Program-made: the position numbers and the translations under genes | Virus record (IMG/VR): IMGVR_UViG_3300025012_000108 | Location: 1-54,907 of that record | Length of the DNA: 54,907 nt | Source of the DNA: a virus | Taxonomy: Duplodnaviria; Caudoviricetes | Reading direction: 5' to 3' (one strand) | Notes under the pieces: generated by a model | The model's database searches: none | What the model was told of the DNA's origin: nothing | What the model saw: only the letters and a program-made list of their open reading frames with translations | Part shown: in pieces, positions 18,689 through 28,607 of the stretch | Position numbering within the stretch: position 1 is the first letter of the stretch | How the letters are laid out: the number at the start of each line of letters is the position of its first letter

Positions 18689-19327
18689 ATGAACGTCACG
18701 GAGGACCGCAAAGAGCTTTTCAAGGCCATAGCCGCAGCACAGGGGGAATTCACCACGGTGGAGAAGAACGCCAAGAATCCCCACTTCAACAGCAAGTTTG
18801 CCCCGCTGGATTCTATCATTGAGATGATCCGGCCCATTCTTCCCAAGCATGGCCTTGCGGTTGTCCAGTTCACCGACATACCGGAGAGCGGCAACGGGGT
18901 AATCATCGAAACCATCATCACCCACGAATCCGGCCAGTACATCAGCGGCAGGCTCGGGATGCCTACGGTGAAGCAAGACCCCCAGGGGTACGGCAGCAGC
19001 ATCACTTACGGTAGGCGCTATGCTTTGGGCGCGGCTCTCGGCATCGTGAGTGACGAGGATGTGGACGGCAACCAGCCGGAAGGCGCAGAGAAACAGACCA
19101 GGGCGCAGCAAAGGCCACAGCAAGGGGCCAAAACGGGTGTAGAGGGGCAGACCGCCACCGACCTGATATCCGAGGCTCAACAGAAGATGATCTTCGCCAA
19201 AATGAAGGCCAAGGGGCTGGCACCGGAGCGGCTGAAAGAAGCGTTTAAGGTGGAGAGTTCCAAGGTGCTAAAGAAGGATCAGATGAACGACATTCTGGCC
19301 TGGATCGACGGCGAAGCGGCACAGTAG
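18689..19327 (+). CDS. erf: ERF-family single-strand annealing protein
   Basis: KNPHFNSKFA.L; THESGQ; PQGYGSSITYGRRYAL...GI..D.D.DGN. Confidence 0.9.
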   Translation: MNVTEDRKELFKAIAAAQGEFTTVEKNAKNPHFNSKFAPLDSIIEMIRPILPKHGLAVVQFTDIPESGNGVIIETIITHESGQYISGRLGMPTVKQDPQGYGSSITYGRRYALGAALGIVSDEDVDGNQPEGAEKQTRAQQRPQQGAKTGVEGQTATDLISEAQQKMIFAKMKAKGLAPERLKEAFKVESSKVLKKDQMNDILAWIDGEAAQ

Positions 19328-19365
19328 CACTACTCGCCCTACTAGGGGCCACGGAGGGAAGGGGG

Positions 19366-19671
19366 ATGACCGTCATTCACATTTTACCAGCGCCAAAAGT
19401 CTCCCCCGCCCCCCGTATCACCGACGATGGCCGGGATACTCCTTGCACCATGTGCGGAGCCCCCCGCCTTTTCCCTGTAACCGGCCTACGTGGCGCGGAG
19501 TTGGAGAAGTGGCAAGCAGGGATGGACGCACAGCAGGAGAACTGGTTAGAGTGCCGCATCTGCTACGGACTCACTGAAGAAGAATGGGCAGAGAGATCCA
19601 GGTTGGCAGCGAAACGGCGGGAGCAGGAAGAGGCATGGGAAGAAGGACGCAAAATGACGCAGAGGACATAG
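19366..19671 (+). CDS. Hypothetical protein
   Basis: GGAGG RBS; two CxxC motifs. Confidence 0.6.
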   Translation: MTVIHILPAPKVSPAPRITDDGRDTPCTMCGAPRLFPVTGLRGAELEKWQAGMDAQQENWLECRICYGLTEEEWAERSRLAAKRREQEEAWEEGRKMTQRT

Positions 19672-19680
19672 GGGGAGCAG

Positions 19681-19935
19681 ATGATAAAGCACAGCACCAT
19701 ACAGACCAAGGTTTGCGGCTACAGAATGGAGATCAGTTTTGACTACACCCCCGCCTGCAAGGGCGAGAGGGAGCGCGGCAGCGGGGTTAAACTCTCCCCC
19801 GATGAGCCGGCAGATATAGATATAACCGGCGTCAAGCTTCTCGACCCCGGCGACATTTGGGAGATCATTACCGAGGAAGTCACTATCAGCACCAGGGATG
19901 TGATGGAGGCGGTTAACAAGTACCATGGCGAATAA
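19681..19935 (+). CDS. Hypothetical protein
   Basis: RBS; RERGSGVKLSPDEP motif. Confidence 0.65.
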   Translation: MIKHSTIQTKVCGYRMEISFDYTPACKGERERGSGVKLSPDEPADIDITGVKLLDPGDIWEIITEEVTISTRDVMEAVNKYHGE

Positions 19936-19960
19936 TCAAAGGCGTTTGGGGTGAAAGAGC

Positions 19961-20041
19961 ACCCCTGCGCCACTAGCTTGCATGGGTCACGCCGGAACGG
20001 GGCGCGGTGTTTACGTCGCGTTGTGGAAAGGACGGGCACTC
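19961..20041 (+). repeat. Dispersed repeat family, copy R3
   Basis: Begins ACCCCTGCGCCAC, as does 32451. Confidence 0.75.
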
Positions 20042-20081
20042 AAAAAGCGGTACTCAAATAAAATTGGGTGCCGCTTTTTTT
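20042..20081 (+). terminator. Intrinsic terminator (possibly bidirectional)
   Basis: AAAAAGCGGTACTCAA...TTGGGTGCCGCTTTTTTT. Confidence 0.85.
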
Positions 20082-20084
20082 ATG

Positions 20085-20123
20085 TTGACACGGCGACAGA
20101 TCGGCGTATATTGGGCGACAGAT
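20085..20123 (+). promoter_or_regulatory. Promoter with GGCGACAGAT direct-repeat operator
   Basis: TTGACA-16-TATATT; repeats at 20092-20101 and 20114-20123. Confidence 0.7.
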
Positions 20124-20154
20124 TATCACACTGACCAGCGGGGAGGATAAACAC

Positions 20155-20313
20155 ATGGCAAGGCGAACAGTCGATCTTAGCACCCGACACGACACGATAC
20201 TTGGCAAACTCATGATAGTGCTTGGCACTTCGATGGTGGAAACCATGCAGAGAGCACTGGAAGCCCTGGAAGAGAAGCAGGCGGCGAGGGACAAAGAGGT
20301 TGGAAAGTCGTGA
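20155..20313 (+). CDS. Ribbon-helix-helix protein (52 aa), paralog 1
   Basis: MARRTVDLSTRHDTILGKL...SMVETMQRALEALEEK; GGAGG RBS; translated by hand. Confidence 0.8.
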   Translation: MARRTVDLSTRHDTILGKLMIVLGTSMVETMQRALEALEEKQAARDKEVGKS

Positions 20314-20702
20314 ACTCTACCTACGGGCTCATAGACCCGCGCAACTCAGAGATCAAGTACATTGGCTGTACAAGCGACCCCAAGGCCAGGCTTTATGGCC
20401 ACATCGCTAGCCACAAAGGAAAAACCAAAGTGGCGCAATGGGTGAAAGAGCTTAAACAGCAGGGCTTGAAGCCTGAAATGGTAGTACTGGAGTACGGGCT
20501 GAACCATGACAAGGGCAGAGAGTCAGAATCGTTTTGGGCAGAGTATTTCCGGGCATTAGGGGCCAACCTTCTCAACACGAAAACTCCCGGCGACAGGGGT
20601 ATCAGTTTAGTAGGGGCCCCTTCGGCGTGGTATTGGCATTACGGGAGCCGTGATTCCTTCCACATTTACAACAAGTTTCTGGCGAACTCACAGCCGTTTT
20701 GA
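20310..20702 (+). CDS. GIY-YIG nuclease-domain protein
   Basis: YGLIDPR...KYIG.T..P..RL..H...E..W...LLN. Confidence 0.8.
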   Translation: MNSTYGLIDPRNSEIKYIGCTSDPKARLYGHIASHKGKTKVAQWVKELKQQGLKPEMVVLEYGLNHDKGRESESFWAEYFRALGANLLNTKTPGDRGISLVGAPSAWYWHYGSRDSFHIYNKFLANSQPF

Positions 20703-20825
20703 AGAAGGGGAGACACTACCCTTGCCACTTGCACCCCATCCGAGGTCCTGGCAACTCCGCTGAAGGGAAAAGCGAAAAAGTTTTAGGCAGTTAACCACCC
20801 GCACTGCGGGACATGGAGGGGAGAG

Positions 20826-21952
20826 ATGGTAAAGCCGGAAGATTTCACCAAGGTGCCGGTAAGCGAAGCAACCAATATACCGCCCAGTTGCCAGTTTGTA
20901 GAGGTATTCCGTGACAGGTATTGGGCTGTCACAATTGACGGCTGTTTGCTGTGGTACAAAGGGAACTCCCCCCAGTGTAACAGCAACAGGGCGGTAACGG
21001 AACATCTCACCAAGGGGTTAGGCCACCCCGGCGCTGACGTTCTCTTTCTCCCGCTGGTCTACAGGAAACACGACTGCCGCGACTACATCTAAGGGGGCCG
21101 CAAGTGACCGATCAAGAAAAGAAATCCCTCCGCTCCTTCCTCAAGGAGATGGAGAGGGAATACTACCTTGCTAGCATCGACCATAAAAACGCTCCCTGCG
21201 GTGCTATGGCCCTGTATCACACCGGCGCAGAGAAGATGGTGGAGCGGCTCTTGGAGAGCTACAAAGCGCAGTTTAGCGAAGACCTCTACCCCACCTGCGA
21301 AGTCTGCAACCTCCCCGTATCCGACGAGGACAGTGCCGGGCCTGGGAGCAACCTGCACATGTCCTGCGTCAAGCCGCCGTGTGACCACGCCGACGATTGC
21401 CCGTTGGATTACTGTGAACCGCTCTGCCCTGATAGAGCGAAGGTGGGAAAATGAAACGCTACATCAACGCCGTCCTTTACTGGCTCTTCCCTCAGTCGGG
21501 GGAGATTGCTTGTCTCAAGGCAAAACTGAAACTAAAGGAGGACCTGATCCAGACCATCCGCGCCAACCGTCAAACTATCCTCTACGAGAACTGCAAACTT
21601 GAGGCGGCGTATCATCGAGCGACAGCCGAGAGAGACGAAGCGCGGCATCAGGTGGCGGTGTATGAGGCAAAAGATGATATGTATCGCTACGATAAGCAGT
21701 TGGATGAGGGGGAATAGAGCTATGGGTGTCACTTATGCCATAGGCGACAAAGTAAGGCTGACCAAGGATATTTGGGAGGATCAGTGTGATGGGCTGATTC
21801 CCGGTCATTACCTTGGTTCACAGGGTGAAGAACTAGTAGTCAAGAAGGGAATGGACAAGTTCAGCGAGTGCGACAGGGTAGGTGTCGCCCACCAAAACCG
21901 CACGGATGACGCCTACTTTGTTGTGACGCTGGATGAAATAGAGTCCGTTTAG
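20826..21952 (+). other. Cluster of four small hypothetical CDSs (20826-21092, 21104-21454, 21451-21717, about 21722-21952)
   Basis: Contiguous RBS-led ORFs. Confidence 0.65.
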
Positions 21953-21980
21953 CCTGCAATTCAATCCAAGGAGGGAAGCA

Positions 21981-22427
21981 ATGGTCAAGCCTCATGTGCA
22001 GTTCAAAGTTCCCCACGATCTCCATACCCAAATCCGCGCCTACGGCGACCGCCACGGCCTCAAGGGTGACACGGCAGTGATGCTGCATCTGGTGACGGCG
22101 TTCTTCTCTGTCGGCAACCATGCGGAGTTCAGCAATCCCGAGCGCCTACCCAAGACCCCCAAAAAAAAGGCTGAATGGAAGCCGCTATCGACGCATACCA
22201 AGGCGAGGATAGCGGTGTATTCGTGGTTCGGGCGCACCCCTGATGCAACATCATCCTACATTGCCACCTTGTCGGGCCAGAGCGTCAACAATGCGGCTAA
22301 GCGCATCCAGGAACTTGCCGCCGAGGGGTATCTGGCGGCAACAGGCGAATACCGCAAATCATGCCACTCCTCAAAGCGCCTCACGGTTTGGAAACGCACG
22401 GATAAGCCGCTACCGGAGGGGCTGTAA
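21981..22427 (+). CDS. DNA-binding protein (RHH-like N-terminus plus winged HTH)
   Basis: HVQFKVPHDLH...; TSSYIATLSGQSVNNAAKRIQELAAEG. Confidence 0.6.
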   Translation: MVKPHVQFKVPHDLHTQIRAYGDRHGLKGDTAVMLHLVTAFFSVGNHAEFSNPERLPKTPKKKAEWKPLSTHTKARIAVYSWFGRTPDATSSYIATLSGQSVNNAAKRIQELAAEGYLAATGEYRKSCHSSKRLTVWKRTDKPLPEGL

Positions 22428-24016
22428 TGAGCACCAAGAAATGGACGCCCCGACTCTGCCCCGAGTGCGAAAAAGAATGGCTCCCCAAGGGCCACCGCAC
22501 CTGTGACCCCTGCAAGGAGAAGAAGCGCGTTGCCAACAACAAGAAACACTGTGACCTTGCCAAGCAGGAACGCAAGAAGAAGCGCGAAGGTGTGCGCTGC
22601 CTGTGCGGCTGTGGTCGCCCGGTGGCACGGCTCAACCGGTACGCCGATGAGTGCAAGGCGGCAGGGAAGAAAGCGATATACGCCCGGCAGCTCCAGCGGC
22701 AGAAGGACCAGCGCACGAAAAAGATTGCCGACAGCGCAGCGTCGGCAACGAAACTGCCCGTAATGACCGACGAGGAACAGGCCTCTATCAACAGGGCGGA
22801 GACTGAGCGCACCGCCGCCGCTTTTGCGGAGTGGATACGCGAGACCATGGGGCTGATTACCGGCAAGGGCAAGCCGCTGGCCTCCCCGGTGCGGCACCTT
22901 TCCCCGGAAGAGATAGCGGAGCTGTCGCAGAAGTACCAGCCCCCGAAGGGGAGGAGCGTCAACCCTTACTCGCCGATGTGCTGCTAACTGAAATTGCCTA
23001 GGAGGGCAAATGTCTAAAAAAGAGAAAGAGCACCCCATCCTCAACTATCCCCGCACCGCTGGCAAGTGTCCGAAGTGCGCTCACTGGACCGTCAAGGCCC
23101 AGCAGTGGGGCTCCATGCCTCCCGGCGAGCACTGCCTGATATGCGGCTGGCACGATTTCGACATGGCGGCGATGGTTCAACCAGATTGGGAGACGATGCC
23201 GGATACAAGGAGGCCGATGTGATAGACCACGGAGCAGCAGCGAAGAAACTGGCAAGAGAGCATTGGGGGTACATTGAAGCTACCCTCACCGTCCATGGTG
23301 TCCAGCCGGAAGAGTTGGCCGTCATCGGACACCACTACACTACCGCTATGATCCACGGCATAGGTCACGGCATAGAGATGGAGCGCCGGGGAGACTTCCG
23401 CCCCCGCATCGGTGCACCCCTGTCCGCCCAGGAGGTAGACGATATCACCGCCTCCATCCCCTCCGGTTGCCAGAACTGGGAGTGTGCCCACCACGCCCCC
23501 GCATGTCCCTGCAACTGCCAGCTTTACGGCATGGCAGGGCCGGGATTCTGCCAGTTCTACCTGAACCCGGACGACGCTGAGGAATCCGGCGAAACACTCG
23601 CCCCTCCTTCCGCCACCATTGAAGAGGTATGCGGTATACTGGCTGACCGCGCAGCGGGGGAGGTGCTTAACCTTTCCCTCCCCTCTATCGCTTTGGAGTG
23701 TACGCCATCACAGGCATGGTTCAAGTACGTAGACGAGTGCAGGGAGTTCATGGCCGAACCTACGGATTCTTGGCCTCAAATCATCGAGGCATGGGATTGT
23801 TGCCAGTCAATGCAGACCTACCGGGAAAGGGAAAGCGGTTGCAACATCCGTCTCCCCGAAAAGAAGCTTTCGGAAATGTACGACAGGGGCTTACCGGTAA
23901 TGGAGGCCAAGGCGGTTATGCTGGTCAAAAATGCGGCTAGGGAATACTACGCCCCTGAAGTCAACGCCGCCATCCTCTCCTCTAACGGCCACTCTTGGAC
24001 AGTGAAAGGGGCTTGA
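22427..24016 (+). other. Three Cys-rich hypothetical CDSs (22427-22987, 23010-23222, about 23219-24016)
   Basis: Coupled ORFs with multiple CxxC motifs. Confidence 0.65.
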
Positions 24017-24170
24017 CTTCCCCGCTCACTCCGGTATACTGCGCAAACAATTTGACGCTATCCACATCGGGCATGGTGTGAGACGGCCATGATAGTCCCG
24101 GTGTCGCAATTCATTGCCACGCTGGCACGCGACCGCTGATTCAGGATGCCCCCTGTTTCAGCGGTTTTTT
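24013..24170 (+). promoter_or_regulatory. Promoter plus structured leader ending in an intrinsic terminator before the ibrB-like gene
   Basis: TTGACT-16-TATACT; ACCGCTGA...TCAGCGGT hairpin followed by a T run. Confidence 0.7.
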
Positions 24171-24184
24171 ATTTGGAGGATGGT

Positions 24185-24910
24185 ATGCACCAATGTTCTT
24201 TGTTTGACTTTGGAGGGGAGAAGCAGCACGAGGCACCAAATACAGACGATGCCTTGCAGCTTCTGGTTGGGGAGATATCCGGGCTCCCTGTTGAGGCGAA
24301 GGTAGAGGCTATCAACAAGGTGAAGTTGGCACTGCACGCCGTTTCCCCTTTCAACCATGAGCCTGTCGATTGCGTCCTGTGGGTGAGAAATAACGCAGTA
24401 AAAGCAAACACATGGAATCCAAATGCGGTTGCTCCGGTCGAGATGGAGTTACTTAAAGTATCCATTCTGCAAGACGGCTACACTCAGCCCATCGTCACCT
24501 TCCAGACCCCCGAATACAGGGAAGTGGTTGACGGCTTCCACCGTAACAGGGTAGGCAAGGAATGTCCCGAAGTGGCGGCACGGGTACATGGCTACTTGCC
24601 CGTTGTGACCATCAACGAGGGTAGGACCGACAAGAGCGACCGCATTGCTTCAACTATTCGCCACAATAGGGCGAGAGGGAAGCACAAGGTCGAGTCAATG
24701 TCTGATATCGTCATAGAACTGAAAAAACGCAACTGGTCCGACGCCAAAATCTGCAAAGAGCTTGGCATGGATGAGGATGAAGTCTTGCGCCTGTGCCAAG
24801 TCTCGGGACTGGTAGAGGTTTTTGCGGATGCCAACTTCAGCCAAGCATGGGATGCCGCCATTTTTTCTGATGATGAACTAGCGGTGCTTGACGAAGAGGA
24901 CATAGCCTAA
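24185..24910 (+). CDS. IbrB/YbdM-like ParB/Srx-domain protein
   Basis: AN.WNPN.VAP.EM.LL..SI..DGYTQPIV; VVDGFHR; STIRHNRARGKH. Confidence 0.88.
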   Translation: MHQCSLFDFGGEKQHEAPNTDDALQLLVGEISGLPVEAKVEAINKVKLALHAVSPFNHEPVDCVLWVRNNAVKANTWNPNAVAPVEMELLKVSILQDGYTQPIVTFQTPEYREVVDGFHRNRVGKECPEVAARVHGYLPVVTINEGRTDKSDRIASTIRHNRARGKHKVESMSDIVIELKKRNWSDAKICKELGMDEDEVLRLCQVSGLVEVFADANFSQAWDAAIFSDDELAVLDEEDIA

Positions 24911-25332
24911 TGGAGCGCATATACCACACATGGGACAAGTGGGAGTGCTACCCGGCTGGGTTCTACGACAACAACCCGCCCAAGGGGATGACCAGGGACG
25001 ACGCGGAGGCTTTTTACCGCAGTTTCCTTGCCGATATCCCCCTCTTTGAATCCTGCATGGAGCGGGTGATAACCGAGTGGAAAAACTCTTGTGAACACTA
25101 TCTGACCAACGAGCGCATGAACCGGATAGCGTGGATGGGGCAGACTGCCGTTTGCATCCACGCTGGCATCCCTTCCAAGTTTCGGGGCGGCTACAACCTG
25201 CTGACAGAGAATCAACAAAAGGCGGCAGACGAAGCGGCATTGCGTTACATGAACAGGTGGTTTATTGCCAACGGGCATCCTGAAATGACAATGGAGCAAG
25301 CGCAATCACGGTCGGAGGTCAACCTTTACTGA
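24910..25332 (+). CDS. Hypothetical protein between the IbrB-like and IbrA-like genes
   Basis: Translationally coupled; WE....GFY, W..SCEH.LTN..NRIAW.GQ. Confidence 0.8.
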   Translation: MERIYHTWDKWECYPAGFYDNNPPKGMTRDDAEAFYRSFLADIPLFESCMERVITEWKNSCEHYLTNERMNRIAWMGQTAVCIHAGIPSKFRGGYNLLTENQQKAADEAALRYMNRWFIANGHPEMTMEQAQSRSEVNLY

Positions 25333-26573
25333 TGAAAACTAAAAACTACCTCGACATTGACGTTTTGACAGCGGCCAAGGCCCGAATAGCTTTTACCTTT
25401 GACAACTTTCAGCGGATTTTCGTTTCCTTTTCCGGGGGCAAAGACAGCACCGTAATGCTTCACCTTGTGGCCGAAGAGGCTATCAAACGAGGCCGCAAGT
25501 TTGCTGTGATGCTGATCGACTTTGAGGCTCAGTACAAGTACACATCGGATAACGCGCTTGCTTTGTTTGAACAGTACAGGGACCACATAGAACTGTACTG
25601 GATATGCCTACCGATGGCTCTCCGCAACGCAGTCAGTAACTTTGAACCCTCGTGGACCTGTTGGGAGCCTGGAAAGGAAAAGGATTGGGTGCGACCTTTG
25701 CCTGACTTCCCCGGTGTTATCTCCGATCCGGACTATTTCCCTTTTTTCTCCCCGCGCATGGAGTTTGAAGAGTTTATCATCCTCTTTGCGGAGTGGTACA
25801 GCCAAGGAGAGCCAACAGCGGCCTTTGTTGGCATCCGCGCCGACGAAAGCCTTAATCGCTTCCGTACCATTGCCATCCACGACAAAGAAACATTTCAAGG
25901 CAAGCGGTGGACAACCAAAGTCGTTGATGAGGCCTACAACATCTATCCGATTTACGACTGGAAAACTAGCGACATTTGGGCATACCATGCCAAGACCGGC
26001 AAGATCCATAACCGTATCTACGACCTGATGCACCAAGCTGGCGTCCCTCTTTCTCAACAGCGCCTTTGTCAACCTTACGGAGACGACCAACGGCGGGGCT
26101 TGTGGCTCTATCATATCCTTGAGCCGGAGACGTGGTACAAGGTTGTTTGTCGCGTCAATGGGGCCAATAGCGGTTCACTTTACATCAACGAAACCGGCAA
26201 CGTGAACGGCTACAACAAGATAAACAAGCCAGAGGGCCACACGTGGAAGAGCTTTTGCAACCTGCTTTTATCCACTATGCCCGAAGTCACCCGTAACCAT
26301 TACCTGAAACGCTTCAAGGTTTTTATTGCGGGCTGGAAGGGGAGAGGCTACATTGACGGCATCCCTGATGAAGCGCCAAAGGTGTTAGAGGACGCGCATT
26401 GGGCTCCTTCCTGGCGGCGGCTATGCAAGGTGCTGTTGCGGAACGATTGGTGGTGTAAAGGGCTCGGATTAACTCAGCCGAAAAGCGAAGCTTACGGAAA
26501 GTACCTGAAGATTAAGAAGGCCAAGAAGGGGGGCGCAGATGAAGCTGGTTCCGGTGTGCTATGTGACGATTGA
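25332..26573 (+). CDS. IbrA/YbdN-like PAPS-reductase domain plus DUF3440
   Basis: SFSGGKDS; GIRADESLNR; PIYDW...DIW; QRLCQPYG; PSWRR.CK.LLRND. Confidence 0.9.
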   Translation: MKTKNYLDIDVLTAAKARIAFTFDNFQRIFVSFSGGKDSTVMLHLVAEEAIKRGRKFAVMLIDFEAQYKYTSDNALALFEQYRDHIELYWICLPMALRNAVSNFEPSWTCWEPGKEKDWVRPLPDFPGVISDPDYFPFFSPRMEFEEFIILFAEWYSQGEPTAAFVGIRADESLNRFRTIAIHDKETFQGKRWTTKVVDEAYNIYPIYDWKTSDIWAYHAKTGKIHNRIYDLMHQAGVPLSQQRLCQPYGDDQRRGLWLYHILEPETWYKVVCRVNGANSGSLYINETGNVNGYNKINKPEGHTWKSFCNLLLSTMPEVTRNHYLKRFKVFIAGWKGRGYIDGIPDEAPKVLEDAHWAPSWRRLCKVLLRNDWWCKGLGLTQPKSEAYGKYLKIKKAKKGGADEAGSGVLCDD

Positions 26574-26733
26574 CGGCAAGGAGTATGGCCCTTTCACCAG
26601 CGAGCAAGAGGACGAAGTGCGGAAGCTTCTGCGGGTAAATGGCGCATTTTCAAGGCGCTGCGCCATTGACGGCAAACATATACCGGCCAAGCCAGACAAA
26701 AAGCCCAAGGTCCACCATGATCTGCTGTTTTGA
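26539..26733 (+). CDS. Hypothetical protein
   Basis: RBS-led ORF overlapping the end of the ibrA-like gene. Confidence 0.5.
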   Translation: MKLVPVCYVTIDGKEYGPFTSEQEDEVRKLLRVNGAFSRRCAIDGKHIPAKPDKKPKVHHDLLF

Positions 26734-26751
26734 CATCCCTATGGAGGAATA

Positions 26752-27291
26752 ATGAAAAAGCCGACCGTGACACAACTGCTTGACCTGCTAGCCAAGCCAG
26801 CCCTTATCAACTGGGCCAACAAGCAAGGATTGGCGGGAATCGACATTCAAGAGCAGCGCCGGATAGCCAAGGCTAACGGCAACTCGCTACACCAGCAGGT
26901 TGAAAATGTCTGCAAAGGCACCGGGACTTTTGAGAGCGACGAAGATTTCCGCAACTTTCAAGACTTCATGCGGGATAAGCAAATTGTTTCGGTGGAAACG
27001 AAGATCGAAACGGAGTGGTTTACGGGACGGTACGATTGCAAACTGAAATACAAGGGGATGGATTTTCTCGTTGACTACAAGAGCGGGTTTTCCGGCAAGC
27101 TGTACTTAGAAAACAAGCTTCAGTTGGTGGCTTACGGCATGGCAGAACCGGTCAACGGCTTGGCTATAGTCTCACTTCCCATGTTCAGTTTTGTGCCGGT
27201 TAAAATCCTCAACAGGGCCAAGTACGAGGATATGCTGATTTGCCTGTCGAAATTATACACGCTGCAAAAGGAAACCGGCGACATAAGATAG
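26752..27291 (+). CDS. PD-(D/E)XK exonuclease (Cas4/RecB-like)
   Basis: P.VT..L; G..LH; GRYD; VDYKSG; LQLVAY. Confidence 0.8.
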   Translation: MKKPTVTQLLDLLAKPALINWANKQGLAGIDIQEQRRIAKANGNSLHQQVENVCKGTGTFESDEDFRNFQDFMRDKQIVSVETKIETEWFTGRYDCKLKYKGMDFLVDYKSGFSGKLYLENKLQLVAYGMAEPVNGLAIVSLPMFSFVPVKILNRAKYEDMLICLSKLYTLQKETGDIR

Positions 27292-27313
27292 CCCCCCACT
27301 CATGAGGAAAGGC

Positions 27314-27472
27314 TTGACACTCTGCCGGGGGTTTGGTAGGATGCGGGCACAATTGAATAGACGCTCTATTGGCAGATAGAGTATCACCATAAGGATTTGG
27401 TTCCCATCTGGGGAGCCAGTCTAGCTAAAGCCCCCCTTACACTGCCATGTGAGGGGGGCTTTAGCGCTTTTT
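27314..27472 (+). promoter_or_regulatory. Promoter plus three-hairpin leader and terminator before the replication initiator
   Basis: TTGACA-17-TAGGAT; hairpins at 27364-27381, 27398-27418 and 27424-27465, then a T run. Confidence 0.75.
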
Positions 27473-27487
27473 GAAGGAGTGGCAAGG

Positions 27488-28351
27488 ATGGACCATCCTA
27501 ACCCCCAAGCCGAAGAGGGCCACGTAGACATAGCCAATGGAATTGTTGAGGCGCTTTGTCGTGTCCAGCTTTCCGGCTATGAGTCAAGAGTTCTATGGGC
27601 CTTATTCCGCAAAACCTACGGTTGGCACAAGAAGGAAGACCGGATATCCCTCACCCAATTTCAGGTGCTCACTGGCCTACCTATTCCCAAAATCAGCAAT
27701 ACCCTAAATCGGCTAGTCTTGCGGAAAATGGTAAGGGTTACCGAAAATGGTAACGGTAAAGTCAAAACCTATGGATTCCAAAAGGTATTTTCGCTTTGGT
27801 GTGACTTGCCGGAAAAGGTAATACCTAAATCGGCAATACCCGAAAAAGGCATTACCGAAAATGGGTTGCAGGGGTTGCCTATTTCGGCAAGTACAAAAGA
27901 AACTATTACAAAAGAAAAAGAATCTATTATTACCATAGAGCCGGAAGTTGAGAATTTGCTGTCTCCTTCAGATCAGGTCATGATGGCCTACAACAAATTT
28001 GCCCCGTCCTTCAACCGGGTCATGGACATGGGCACATCAACAAGGTGGGTCAACGCAAGGTGTATTTTTGAAAAGTACAAAAACCACCCTGAAGGGCCAC
28101 GCGGTTTTCTGGACTGTCTTTTTAAAAAAGCAGAGGCATCCGATAGGTTGACTAACCGGGACGGGGGGTGGAAGGGATACCCTCCGGACCTCGATTGGTT
28201 TCTCAAAGAGGAAAATTATATCAAGGTCATAGAGGGCAAGTTTGATAATGGCAATTGCCCCCCCGTTCAACGGGTGGATCAGCGCAAAAAACAAGGGTTT
28301 AAGGGGGTGTCAAGTGGTCTCGAAGCAGCATTTTCTGAAGCAAATGACTAA
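27488..28351 (+). CDS. Lambda O-like replication initiator
   Basis: PQ.E.GH..IAN.I.EAL...LS..E.RV.....RKTYGW.KK.DRIS..Q; C-terminal DWF.K..N..KV.EG. Confidence 0.88.
   Translation: MDHPNPQAEEGHVDIANGIVEALCRVQLSGYESRVLWALFRKTYGWHKKEDRISLTQFQVLTGLPIPKISNTLNRLVLRKMVRVTENGNGKVKTYGFQKVFSLWCDLPEKVIPKSAIPEKGITENGLQGLPISASTKETITKEKESIITIEPEVENLLSPSDQVMMAYNKFAPSFNRVMDMGTSTRWVNARCIFEKYKNHPEGPRGFLDCLFKKAEASDRLTNRDGGWKGYPPDLDWFLKEENYIKVIEGKFDNGNCPPVQRVDQRKKQGFKGVSSGLEAAFSEAND
27719..27935. repeat. Replication-origin iterons plus A-rich tract inside the O-like gene
   Basis: Imperfect palindromic 16-mers (TTACCGAAAATGGTAA, TTGCCGGAAAAGGTAA, ATACCTAAATCGGCAA, TTGCCTATTTCGGCAA) followed by ACAAAAGAAA repeats. 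Confidence 0.75.
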
Positions 28352-28607
28352 GTTGATGATAATCTGTGATGAACAGGTTTCAGACGAAAGGATTAAGGCG
28401 TATTACGAGGTTCTTTCCCCCGACTTCACCAATGAGCAGTTTGACAAGGCTCTCAACTTGGCCTTGAAGAACAGCTTCAAGTTCCCCCCCATCGCCGCCT
28501 TTTACAAGGCTGACCCTTCCCAACCCGCCCCGCTCATGGTCAACGAGCCGGTAACGCCCGAAGAGTCCAGAGCCATCAGGGAGGTACTGAACCGCTATGG
28601 ACTGTGA
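28314..28607 (+). CDS. Putative helicase loader/accessory protein
   Basis: Between the initiator and DnaB; FPP.A motif. Confidence 0.55.
   Translation: MVSKQHFLKQMTKLMIICDEQVSDERIKAYYEVLSPDFTNEQFDKALNLALKNSFKFPPIAAFYKADPSQPAPLMVNEPVTPEESRAIREVLNRYGL

Noticed and set aside
24185-24910. ParB as evidence of a plasmid partition system
   Set aside because: The motifs match the IbrB/YbdM type coupled to a PAPS-reductase, and no ParA was found.
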